43,214 nt of DNA from Candidatus Vogelbacteria bacterium RIFOXYD1_FULL_44_32 (GTDB taxonomy: Bacteria > Patescibacteriota > Minisyncoccia > Phycocordibacterales > XYD1-FULL-46-19), in NCBI GenBank assembly GCA_001823065.1, contig MHTJ01000002.1, forward strand, positions 8,318-51,531. The letters are read 5' to 3'. Every line of letters begins with the position of its first letter. The stretch's first letter is position 1. The position numbers were made by a program, and so were the translations under genes. Below the pieces are notes generated by a model that did not search any database, was not told where the DNA came from, and worked only from the letters and a program-made list of their open reading frames with translations. Positions 33,665-41,874 of the stretch are shown in pieces.

Positions 33665-35809
33665 CTATTTCTTCCTCCCTTCAATAATCGCCGTTGCCAC
33701 ATTTTGTGGAATAATCGCATATTCCGAAAATTCCATCACATAGGACCCACGGCCCTCGGTCATCGAACGCAAAGTAGTGATATAACCAAACATTTCCGCT
33801 AGTGGCACCTTGGCGCGAATTGCTTTTAGGTTGCCCCGGTCTTCCATTTCTTCGATTTGACCACGTTTAGACGAAATATGCCCTGTAATATCACCCATAA
33901 ACTTATCGGGCACTACCACCTCCACCTTCATTACTGGCTCTAGAAGCACTGGTTTGGCCTTTCTAGCGGCATCTTGGAAAGCCATCGAGCCGGCCAGTTT
34001 GAAAGCCATTTCCGACGAGTCTACTTCGTGATACGAACCATCATAAAGCTCGACTGATACATCCACCACCTCAAAGCCGGCCTGAATACCACGACTCATT
34101 CCCTCGCGAATACCTTTTTCGACTGGATTAATATATTCCTGAGGAATAACACCACCTTTAATCGAGTTAATAAATTCAAAATTAGATTCTCGAACCACAT
34201 TTTTAGGGGCGTCTTCTGGTTTAAGGGTTTTATCAAGTGGTTTAATGCGCAAACGGACATGACCATATTGACCCTTACCGCCCGACTGTTTAACATATTT
34301 ACATTCGGCCTCCGCTTGCATAGTAATAGTCTCTTTATAGGCTACTTGGGGAGCGCCCACATTGGCTTCAACATTAAATTCACGCTTCATGCGGTCCACA
34401 ATAATATCCAGATGGAGCTCGCCCATACCAGCAATAATTGTTTCCATGGTTTCTGGGTCAGACTGCACTTTAAAGGTTGGGTCCTCGTCTGACAGTTTTT
34501 TGAGAGCCATACCCATCTTTTCTTGGTCGGCTTTCGTTTTTGGTTCAATGCGGAGACGGACCACTGGTTCCGGGAAATCAATCTGGTCCAAAATAATCGG
34601 GCTATTTTCATCACAAAGAGTATCCGATGTTCTGGTGCTTTTCAGACCAACAATCGCGGCAATCTCCCCCGCATAAACCTCTTTTACCTCTTCCCGGTGG
34701 TTGGCGTGCATCCGGACAATTCGACCAATTCGTTCTTTTTCGCCATTGGTTGAGTTATAAACATAAGAACCGGCCGTCAAAACACCAGAATAGATACGAA
34801 TATATGAGAGTTGCCCCACAAATGGATCGCTTTGCAATTTGAAGACGAGACCAGCCAGTGGTGCCGTATCACTAGATTCTCGAGTGGCATCATCACCAGT
34901 GTTAGCGTCTTTACCATGCACCGGTGGAATATCAAGGGGACTCGGCAAATAATCAATCACCCCATCGAGCACCAACTGCACCCCTTTGTTTTTTAAAGCC
35001 GAGCCACAAAAAACCGGCACCAACTTGTTGGCGATTACCGCTTTACGCAAAACTTTCTTAATTTCAGCAATACTTGGCTCTTTACCCTCAAGGTAAGCAC
35101 CCATCATCTCATCGTCGTGTTCAACAACTTTTTCAATTAATTCCGCTCGATATTTCAGTGCGTTGGCTTTTAGATTATCAGGAATTTCAATTTCTTTGAT
35201 TTCAATACCCATATTACCCTCAAATAAATAACCCTTTTGAGTGAGCAGATCAATAACTCCTTCGTGGGCGTCATCTTCACCAATCGGAATTTGCACGCGC
35301 ACCGCATTTTTAGTCAGCCGGTCAATAATAGTATTAAAAGAATGGTCAAAATTTGCCCCCATCCGATCGAGCTTATTGATAAAACAAATGCGGGGCACTT
35401 TATATTTATCCGCTTGGCGCCATACTGTTTCCGACTGGGGTTCCACCCCAGCCACACCATCAAAAACCACCACCCCACCATCGAGCACTTTGAGCGAACG
35501 TTCGACTTCGGCTGTGAAATCGACGTGGCCTGGGGTATCAATAATATTTAAGCGATGTTTTCGATCGGGATTTTTAGCATCATAAGTTGGGGTCCAAAAA
35601 GCCGTGGTCGCCGCTGAGGTAATAGTAATGCCTCGTTCGCGTTCTTGTTCCATCCAATCCATAGTCGCCGCCCCCTCGTGCACTTCACCAATTTTATGCG
35701 AAACACCAGTATAAAACAAAACGCGCTCGGTTGAGGTAGTCTTACCAGCGTCAATGTGAGCAATAATACCAATATTACGAACCTTCTCTAATGGATAGTC
35801 GCGAGACAT
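33665..35809 (-). CDS. fusA: Elongation factor G
   Basis: The 714-aa translation contains [28 protein letters not shown] and NKLDR. Confidence 0.96.
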   Translation of the reverse strand: MSRDYPLEKVRNIGIIAHIDAGKTTSTERVLFYTGVSHKIGEVHEGAATMDWMEQERERGITITSAATTAFWTPTYDAKNPDRKHRLNIIDTPGHVDFTAEVERSLKVLDGGVVVFDGVAGVEPQSETVWRQADKYKVPRICFINKLDRMGANFDHSFNTIIDRLTKNAVRVQIPIGEDDAHEGVIDLLTQKGYLFEGNMGIEIKEIEIPDNLKANALKYRAELIEKVVEHDDEMMGAYLEGKEPSIAEIKKVLRKAVIANKLVPVFCGSALKNKGVQLVLDGVIDYLPSPLDIPPVHGKDANTGDDATRESSDTAPLAGLVFKLQSDPFVGQLSYIRIYSGVLTAGSYVYNSTNGEKERIGRIVRMHANHREEVKEVYAGEIAAIVGLKSTRTSDTLCDENSPIILDQIDFPEPVVRLRIEPKTKADQEKMGMALKKLSDEDPTFKVQSDPETMETIIAGMGELHLDIIVDRMKREFNVEANVGAPQVAYKETITMQAEAECKYVKQSGGKGQYGHVRLRIKPLDKTLKPEDAPKNVVRESNFEFINSIKGGVIPQEYINPVEKGIREGMSRGIQAGFEVVDVSVELYDGSYHEVDSSEMAFKLAGSMAFQDAARKAKPVLLEPVMKVEVVVPDKFMGDITGHISSKRGQIEEMEDRGNLKAIRAKVPLAEMFGYITTLRSMTEGRGSYVMEFSEYAIIPQNVATAIIEGRKK

Positions 35810-35874
35810 ATATATACAAAATAAAACTTACTATTAATAAAATAACCTCAGAAAACTTTGTCAGCTAACAGGTT

Positions 35875-36354
35875 TTACTTGCGACGAGCAACAGCAAAGT
35901 GAGCAAAGGCGCGATTGGCTTCGGCCATCTTGTGCACATTTTCTTTCTTCTTAACAGCATCACCTTCATTTTTGGAAGCATTTACTATTTCATCGGCCAA
36001 CCGATCAATCATTGGTCGGCCAGACTTGGCTTTAGCTGAATCAATAATCCAACGCAGACCTAAAGACAGGCGACGTTCTGGGCGAACTTCGTGAGGCACT
36101 TGGTAGTTGGCCCCACCAACCCGCCGTGAACGAACTTCCATTTGAGGGCCAACATTATTAATTGCTTGTTCAAAAATTTCGATTGGTTCAGCTTTCATTT
36201 TTTCTTTTACCACTTCCAAAGCGCCATAAACAATTTTACGGGCGGTATTTTTCTTGCCTCTTTCCATCACATAGTTAATAAGCTTCTCTACCTTTAAATT
36301 TTGGTAGATAAGATCAGGGGTGAGACGAGAGGTTGGTTTGTGCTTACGACGCAT
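35875..36354 (-). CDS. rpsG: 30S ribosomal protein S7
   Basis: The 159-aa translation contains GKKNTARKIVYGALE...VEVRSRRVGGANYQVP. Confidence 0.94.
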   Translation of the reverse strand: MRRKHKPTSRLTPDLIYQNLKVEKLINYVMERGKKNTARKIVYGALEVVKEKMKAEPIEIFEQAINNVGPQMEVRSRRVGGANYQVPHEVRPERRLSLGLRWIIDSAKAKSGRPMIDRLADEIVNASKNEGDAVKKKENVHKMAEANRAFAHFAVARRK

Positions 36355-36375
36355 AGTTGATTAAAAAATTTAAAA

Positions 36376-36792
36376 TTATTTAGCTTTTGGCCGTTTATTA
36401 CCATATTTCGAACGACCCTTGCGGCGCTTTTCTACTCCAGCCGTATCCAAAACACCACGGACAATATGATAACGAACCCCAGGCAAGTCTTTCACTCGAC
36501 CACCACGAATAATCACTACCGAGTGTTCCTGCAAATTGTGCCCCATTCCTGGAATATAAGCGGTAACTTCCATTCCATTGGTTAGTCGTACTCGAGCGAT
36601 TTTACGCAAAGCCGAGTTTGGTTTTTTCGGAGTGGTAGTTTTAACCTGCAGACAAACCCCTCGCTTAAAAGGTGAATTGTAATAAACTGGATGATTTTTA
36701 CGCGTATTAAAACCCATCGCGAGCGCGACTGATTTAGACCGTTTAACTATCTTTTTTCGACTCTGGCGAACCAGCTGATTTATTGTTGGCAT
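36376..36792 (-). CDS. rpsL: 30S ribosomal protein S12
   Basis: The translation contains [13 protein letters not shown]...[19 protein letters not shown]...[13 protein letters not shown]. Confidence 0.96.
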   Translation of the reverse strand: MPTINQLVRQSRKKIVKRSKSVALAMGFNTRKNHPVYYNSPFKRGVCLQVKTTTPKKPNSALRKIARVRLTNGMEVTAYIPGMGHNLQEHSVVIIRGGRVKDLPGVRYHIVRGVLDTAGVEKRRKGRSKYGNKRPKAK

Positions 36793-36854
36793 AAACAGGG
36801 AACACTTTAATACAGACTGAACAAAAATGCAAGAAAATATAGATTAATTAGAGA

Positions 36855-36885
36855 GGCCCCGGGCACGCTTTGCGTGCCCGGGGCC
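36855..36885 (-). terminator. GC-rich hairpin after the Cys-rich small ORF
   Basis: The hairpin ggccccgggcacgc-ttt-gcgtgcccggggcc has a 14-bp stem and lies 8 nt after the stop codon. Confidence 0.6.
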
Positions 36886-36892
36886 ATAACAC

Positions 36893-37108
36893 CTACTCTG
36901 CTCCACCTTTTCTGGAGCGTAATCCAGCCAGGTCATAGGGGTAACTTAACCCCGCGTCCTCGTGCTCCCTTGGATAATCCATAGCTGTCCAAGGGACAGA
37001 AAGTGGCCGGCACTGGGAGCAATAACACTCATCCCCACCATCACTTTCGACTAGGCGCGCACTACACTCGGCGTGTCGCCCAGCGACACAAGCTTGGCAA
37101 ATTTTCAT
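36893..37108 (-). CDS. Small Cys-rich (putative zinc-binding) protein, SD-led and GC-rich
   Basis: The 71-aa translation reads MKICQACVAGRHAECS...DECYCSQCRP. AGGAGG lies 8 nt upstream of the ATG. A hand count of line 36961 gives 35/60 GC. Confidence 0.5.
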   Translation of the reverse strand: MKICQACVAGRHAECSARLVESDGGDECYCSQCRPLSVPWTAMDYPREHEDAGLSYPYDLAGLRSRKGGAE

Positions 37109-37140
37109 CTCAAATTCCTCCTTCTACTTCCAGCTTATCG

Positions 37141-37752
37141 CTATATCCCCGCCCCCGTCAATAGTTTGAAAATAAACATCACGACCGGCGACACTAAATT
37201 GGAAATAAATAAAATAGCCAAAAGTATTAACACCAGCTGGTACTGCTCCATAATTTGCTCAATTTTTCGCCAGCGGTAAGGAATAAGTGCAAAAAGTATT
37301 TTAGAACCGTCAAGTGGTGGCACTGGTATCAGATTAAAGGCGGCCAACCACAAATTAACCAAAATTATAAGCGTAACCAGCTCGAGGAAAGACCCAGACA
37401 AACTAAGCCAAGGGGCCGACCGTAAGATTAGGGCGAAAAACCCCACTATTAATAGATTAGATAAAGGGCCAGCCAGACCAACCAGCGCTGGTCCCCACTT
37501 GCCCGCCGATAGATTGTAAGGGTTAAAAGGCACTGGTTTAGCCCAACCAAAAGGCATACCTAAAATACTGGTGATAATGGGCACCACCAAAGAACCAATT
37601 GGATCAATATGAGCGATGGGGTTTAGAGTCAGGCGACCAGCGTGTTTAGCGGTCGAATCGCCTAAAATATAGGCCATATAACCATGCGCCACCTCGTGCA
37701 CCACAACAGAGATAATTAGAATAGCAACAAAAAATATTATTTCGGGCCCCAT
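37141..37752 (-). CDS. M50-family (site-2 protease-like) membrane zinc metalloprotease
   Basis: The 203-aa polytopic protein has an HExxH in TM1 (VVHEVAHGYMA) and LNPIAHIDPIGS. A downstream NLIPVPPLDGSK motif is also present. Confidence 0.8.
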   Translation of the reverse strand: MGPEIIFFVAILIISVVVHEVAHGYMAYILGDSTAKHAGRLTLNPIAHIDPIGSLVVPIITSILGMPFGWAKPVPFNPYNLSAGKWGPALVGLAGPLSNLLIVGFFALILRSAPWLSLSGSFLELVTLIILVNLWLAAFNLIPVPPLDGSKILFALIPYRWRKIEQIMEQYQLVLILLAILFISNLVSPVVMFIFKLLTGAGI

Positions 37753-37813
37753 ATTCTTTAGTGTTTACAAGCTAATTTAGTTATGATAACATAATCCAGT
37801 CTAATTTAAACAT

Positions 37814-38026
37814 ATGAAAGCTTGCCCAATCTGCGCCAAGACCAGCCAAATGGTCGGAGGTTACTCCAACCGAGTGCGTGCCACCAAATTTAATCCCATC
37901 GCCCAGTCTCGCAAACAACCCAATCTCCAGTGGGCCACTTTGCCAGCCCAAGCCGGTGGCGGTCGAATCAAAATCTGCACTTCCTGTCTAAAGAAAAACA
38001 AACACCTAGAGATAAAGATGATTTAA
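37814..38026 (+). CDS. rpmB: 50S ribosomal protein L28 (Zn-ribbon form)
   Basis: The 70-aa translation reads MKACPICAKTSQMVGGYSNRVRATKFNPIAQSRKQPNLQ...ICTSCLKK, which fits the L28 pattern with two CxxC pairs. Confidence 0.8.
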   Translation: MKACPICAKTSQMVGGYSNRVRATKFNPIAQSRKQPNLQWATLPAQAGGGRIKICTSCLKKNKHLEIKMI

Positions 38027-38027
38027 A

Positions 38028-38203
38028 GGTCACTCGCCTAGCTTCCGTTTCAAAACACATCGCCACACCTCTAGAGGTGTGGCGATTCTGCTCCAGTGGG
38101 GCCGTTTGGCCTCGCGGCTACTGCCGCAAAATTTTCCAAAGGCCAAAACCCTGCCGACCTACACCTCCGCAAGGTTTTGAAAGGGAACTAGGCTCACTCG
38201 GAC
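38028..38203 (+). repeat. Structured intergenic element C (~176 nt)
   Basis: It is the reverse complement of elements A and B and begins 1-2 nt after the rpmB stop. The outer stem pairs 38036-38056 with 38174-38193. Inner hairpins are at 38059-38086 and 38114-38127. Confidence 0.7.
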
Positions 38204-38216
38204 TAGGCTATAGCAA

Positions 38217-38254
38217 CAAAAAACCGAGGCGCGCTCGCGCCTCGGGGGTTTTCA
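38217..38254. terminator. Bidirectional intrinsic terminator between rpmB/element C and the Zn-ribbon gene
   Basis: The sequence is aaaaaaccgaggcgcg-ctc-gcgcctcgggggtttt. Confidence 0.8.
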
Positions 38255-38258
38255 GACT

Positions 38259-38654
38259 TTACGGACTACGCAAACAAATTATCTCTATACCGGGGATACT
38301 TCTCAACTTTTCGAGGAGCTCTCGGGCTTGGCTCTCTTGTTGTTTTCTGTACTCTTCCCTGTCTTCCTCCTGTTCTTTAATCCAAAGTTCAAGAGAATAC
38401 AGAGCACAACATTTTGGACACTTCACCTCTGGGACTTCCCGATAGATAGGAGTTTCTGAGTAGCCAGAGCCACCGAAAATCGGGTCTTGGACATTACACA
38501 CAAACTCCAAACGGTTTTGATAGACCAAGGTTTCAGCACAATGTGGACACGTCGCCCTCATCGGGTAGGGTTTAGTGTCCGCATTCCTTCGCGAGACAGC
38601 CCCCGCACCTTGATAGGGGTAATCTTCTTCGACTTGCTTGGGTTCATCCGCCAC
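38259..38654 (-). CDS. Zn-ribbon protein with an acidic coiled-coil tail (SD-led)
   Basis: The ORF runs to 38783, but AAGGAGGTGA followed by 5 nt and then the GTG at 38654 gives a 131-aa product (MADEPKQVEEDYPYQ...). It has CPHC...CPKC motifs. The shorter start removes the overlap with the upstream gene. A hand count of line 38521 gives 32/60 GC. Confidence 0.55.
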   Translation of the reverse strand: MADEPKQVEEDYPYQGAGAVSRRNADTKPYPMRATCPHCAETLVYQNRLEFVCNVQDPIFGGSGYSETPIYREVPEVKCPKCCALYSLELWIKEQEEDREEYRKQQESQARELLEKLRSIPGIEIICLRSP

Positions 38655-38697
38655 TACTATCACCTCCTTTCTATTAAAGAAAGTATCATAAATATTT

Positions 38698-39432
38698 CTA
38701 AAGTACAGATACGCATTTTTTACAAGCAATATTATGGCCATCTGAAACAAATTCAATTGTTCCTTGTATAGCGGTGCTAACAAACGGGATTTTCATTTCT
38801 TTAAGTCGCGCTAAAACATCTTGGTGGGGGTGGCCATAGCGATTGTCTTGACCAGCCGAGATAACTGCATATTGTGGTTTGACGGCCGACAAAAAATAGG
38901 CCGAGCTAGAAGTATGGGAACCATGATGGCCCAATTTTAAAACATCGGCCTTTAAAGCTGACCCATATTTACCAATTAAATAACTTTCTATTTCAAGCGG
39001 AGCGTCGCCAGTCAAAAGAAATTCGGTTTCACCATAGACCAAGCGCGCCACAATCGAAGCCCGATTGGTTTCCAAGCCCTGCATATCTCTCTCAGGAAAG
39101 ATAATTTCTAAAACTGCGCCGGCACCTAAATCGATGGTTTGACCCGCGCGCGCCGAGAGGCGCGCGCGGGTTTCTTTTTTAGCTTTCTGGTCAAATAAAA
39201 TAAAATCATCCCCCGCTTCGGTCTGTCCATTATCCATCACCCCCAACACCTGGTAACGATCCAAAACAAAAGGCAGACCGCCAATATGGTCAGCATCAGG
39301 GTGAGTAGCTATTACTAAATCTATTTCATGGTCATAAAAAGGTAGGGTGTGGCCCAAAGCGCGCAATATTTGTCGACCCGAACCGCCATCAATCAAGACT
39401 TGATTGCCATTTGGTGCCTCAATGAAAACGTT
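38698..39432 (-). pseudogene. comEC: 3' fragment of a ComEC/Rec2-type gene (metallo-beta-lactamase domain only)
   Basis: The translation has ATHPDADHIGG, LKLGHHGSHTSS and DNRYGHPH. In-frame similarity (VFIEAPNGNQVLIDGG) continues upstream of the first start codon to about 39432. It then stops at the AT-rich recombinase element. The N-terminal membrane domain is absent. Confidence 0.6.
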
Positions 39433-41182
39433 GGTTACACAATACCGTATTTGTAAGCTGAGATTGCTCTATTTTATTATGGGGTGATGTGTAATCTCCG
39501 TTAGCACGTTGCTTACACAATCCATCCGTTTCAGAATCTTTAATTACATCCGAAAAAGAAAAGTGACTAGGGCCTTGAACTTTCAGTTGAACATCTGCAA
39601 TAGTTTTATCTTTACTTATTATAATTCTTTCTACGACCAAATGTATTATCGCCGCTTTTTGTTCGTATGTGGCGACTCCAAAACCTACAGATATTTTTTT
39701 ATATACTTCAACTAAATCTTTTTTAGCTTTTTCTACATCAACCTTGTCTTTATTTAGTTCTTTTTCGAAAACCAATATTTCTTTTTTAAGTGAGTGCTCC
39801 TCATCTTTAATTATTAACCTTTTTTTGTTGTATTCCTCACGACTTTTGAACAATGTCCCATTTACATACACTTCATCTATCCTCTGTAGTTTTTTTTGAA
39901 CTTGAACAAGTCTAGCTTTTTTTACTTGAATCAATGTATATATTTGGCTAATTGTTTTGCCAGACTTTTTAACAGCAGCCTGTAAGTTACCAACAACGTA
40001 ATCTGGATTATTAAACAGTCCGCCTAAAGCGTCCCAAATTTTATTAAGTTTTGTCTCGGCAATCTGTCCACAAGACTTACAACGGTTGTCTACTTCTAAC
40101 ACCTCTCTCCACTTTGCCTTCCTTGCTCCGTGGTAAAACTTAAATGGATTTTGCGTGTCCTTCTTTGCGTTTTTGGTTGAAGCAAACATCTTCTTGTTAC
40201 AACCCCCGCAAATAACTAGTTTGTTATAAAGATAGTCATTCTTAATATTTCGAGCAGCAAACTCTCTATTTTTTAACAACTGTCTCTGACAAGCCTCGAA
40301 CAACTCGTCACTGACAACCTTTTCTGTCTTAAACTCTACCCAGTCGTCCTTATCATTTTGAACACTTTCATCGAGTAAACTAGTCAAACCTAAAAACTGT
40401 TTCTTAAATCGAAAGAAATATGTTGTGCCTGTAAATATTGGATTAGAGATAATCTTCGCTATCGTTTTTTTATGCCAGTAACCAGACAACTTTTTGCTCT
40501 TACTTTTTCGCTTTCTTTTTGTATAGCAAGGTACTCCCATTTCGTTCGCTCGCTTCTGAACAGAAGTTAAAGTCATACCCTCATCCACTATCCATTCCAT
40601 AAACTTTACAACCCATTTCGCTTCTTTTTTAACCACAATTAGTTTTTTTGTATCGGGGTCTATATCATAACCATAAGGCGGAGTCCCCCAAATCCATTTA
40701 TTCTCTCTAGCTGCCATCCTCCTTCCACTCGATGTCCTCTCTTTTATTGTCTCGCGCTCTAATTCTGCTAAAGCAGCTAGTGACTGCATTACATACCTAC
40801 CGTGAGGGGTTGCAGTATTAAATGGCTCAGTAATGGAGCAAAAATCAACAGCATTATCAGTAAGCCTCTCCACACCTCGAATTGTTTCATAAATCTTTCT
40901 AGCGAAACGGTCTAACCGATAAACTAAAACGATATCGAATCCCCCTCTCTCCGCAGCTTCAAATAGTTTACAAAGTGCTGGGCGCTTCTCTATGGGCAGC
41001 GCCCCCGAGAAACCCTCATCTACGTACATATGTTTTTCTTGGTCAAAGTCATATCCCTGAAACTGCGAATAGAGAATAACCTTTTCTTTTTGATAAGGTA
41101 GACCATACCCCTTTATTTGTTCGTCCGTTGAGACTCTTAGATATGCAGCAGCCCTAATAACTTTTTCTTCTTTTTTTTCCAT
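39419..41182 (-). CDS. Large serine recombinase (phage-integrase type)
   Basis: The 587-aa ORF has an N-terminal resolvase catalytic domain (AAYLRVSTDEQ, VYRLDRFAR). A recombinase domain follows, then a Cys-rich zinc-ribbon segment (CGGCNKKM...CKSCG) and a long coiled-coil region. Confidence 0.88.
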   Translation of the reverse strand: MEKKEEKVIRAAAYLRVSTDEQIKGYGLPYQKEKVILYSQFQGYDFDQEKHMYVDEGFSGALPIEKRPALCKLFEAAERGGFDIVLVYRLDRFARKIYETIRGVERLTDNAVDFCSITEPFNTATPHGRYVMQSLAALAELERETIKERTSSGRRMAARENKWIWGTPPYGYDIDPDTKKLIVVKKEAKWVVKFMEWIVDEGMTLTSVQKRANEMGVPCYTKRKRKSKSKKLSGYWHKKTIAKIISNPIFTGTTYFFRFKKQFLGLTSLLDESVQNDKDDWVEFKTEKVVSDELFEACQRQLLKNREFAARNIKNDYLYNKLVICGGCNKKMFASTKNAKKDTQNPFKFYHGARKAKWREVLEVDNRCKSCGQIAETKLNKIWDALGGLFNNPDYVVGNLQAAVKKSGKTISQIYTLIQVKKARLVQVQKKLQRIDEVYVNGTLFKSREEYNKKRLIIKDEEHSLKKEILVFEKELNKDKVDVEKAKKDLVEVYKKISVGFGVATYEQKAAIIHLVVERIIISKDKTIADVQLKVQGPSHFSFSDVIKDSETDGLCKQRANGDYTSPHNKIEQSQLTNTVLCNQRFH

Positions 41183-41874
41183 ATTATTTTAAGTTACATT
41201 TTCTAATACCTTATTAATTCTTTTTTGTCCCTTTTAATAATTAAAGGACAAAATAACCTGCAGCAATACTCGACTTCTACCTTTGAATAGCCCAAAGGTA
41301 GTAAAACTTAGCTGATGTGACGAGGGTAATGAGTAGTCGTATTTTGGCACCTTTAGGAAGAAGACCTTAAAGCTCATAACAATCTTCCGACATAGCCTCA
41401 ACACCACCCTGAAGTACTGCGGTGCTTATCAGAGGCAGGGTGAGAAGTCGAACACTCATTTTCCCTGCTTTCGCATAAACACCTCAGAACTCCTTTTTAT
41501 TTCCAGAAAGCGGCACGCTTCAATGCTCACTAGCTGTTTTGACAGAGAATCTTTTACTTCGTTTTCCCTGAATTTGAAGGTTCCCCTCGATTTGACTGCG
41601 TGAGCAAATCTTTACAATGAGATATCCAATATCTCCAAAAGACGCAAAAACAATTCAGAGTCCGAAGATTTATCTCCCGACAAAAACTTAAGTTCAACCT
41701 GAATGTCGTTGTTGCATTTAGACTTACTCATATAAAACAAATTGAGCCTCCAGGCGGTGACATCCTGAAGGCTCAATGCGTGTCACCGCTAACCACTGAA
41801 GGTTATGATGACAGTAACAATCTATTTTATTTTGCTATACCTCTTTTACTGATAGTAATAAATGTCACAAAAAA
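41183..41874. other. ~690-nt region without ORFs of 60 aa or more, rich in hairpins, upstream of the recombinase gene
   Basis: Apart from 41780-42010 (+), which only enters the right edge of the region at 41780-41874 and which I reject as antisense to the real gene 41875-42618, no ORF of 60 aa or more occurs here in any frame. The structures I could trace:
- hairpin at 41226-41252;
- hairpin at 41277-41301 (9-bp stem);
- mutually exclusive stems 41405-41411/41436-41442 versus 41435-41440/41463-41468;
- 9-bp long-range pairing 41270-41278/41443-41451;
- a terminator-like hairpin at 41744-41775. Confidence 0.5.

Noticed and set aside
22225-36000. Numerous 60-180-aa ORFs antisense to, or out of frame within, ribosomal protein genes, tuf, fusA, secY and ftsH. 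Examples are 22685-23206 +, 31905-32453 +, 26204-26605 + and 35241-35585 +.
   Set aside because: They are fully embedded in confidently identified conserved genes. They have low-complexity or repetitive composition and no start-site signals.
38655-38783. The longer 174-aa version of the Zn-ribbon ORF, which overlaps the end of the comEC fragment by 86 nt.
   Set aside because: The strong SD (AAGGAGGTGA) sits inside this extension, just upstream of the GTG at 38654. The extension is AT-rich and hydrophobic nonsense relative to the rest of the protein.
41612-41731. A 39-aa minus-strand ORF (MSKSKCNNDIQVELKFLSGDKSSDSELFLRLLEILDISL) in the non-coding region of the integrative element. It was considered as a possible excision factor.
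   Set aside because: It has no SD or recognisable DNA-binding motif, and it is short enough to arise by chance. It is mentioned only as something to test if homologous elements become available.
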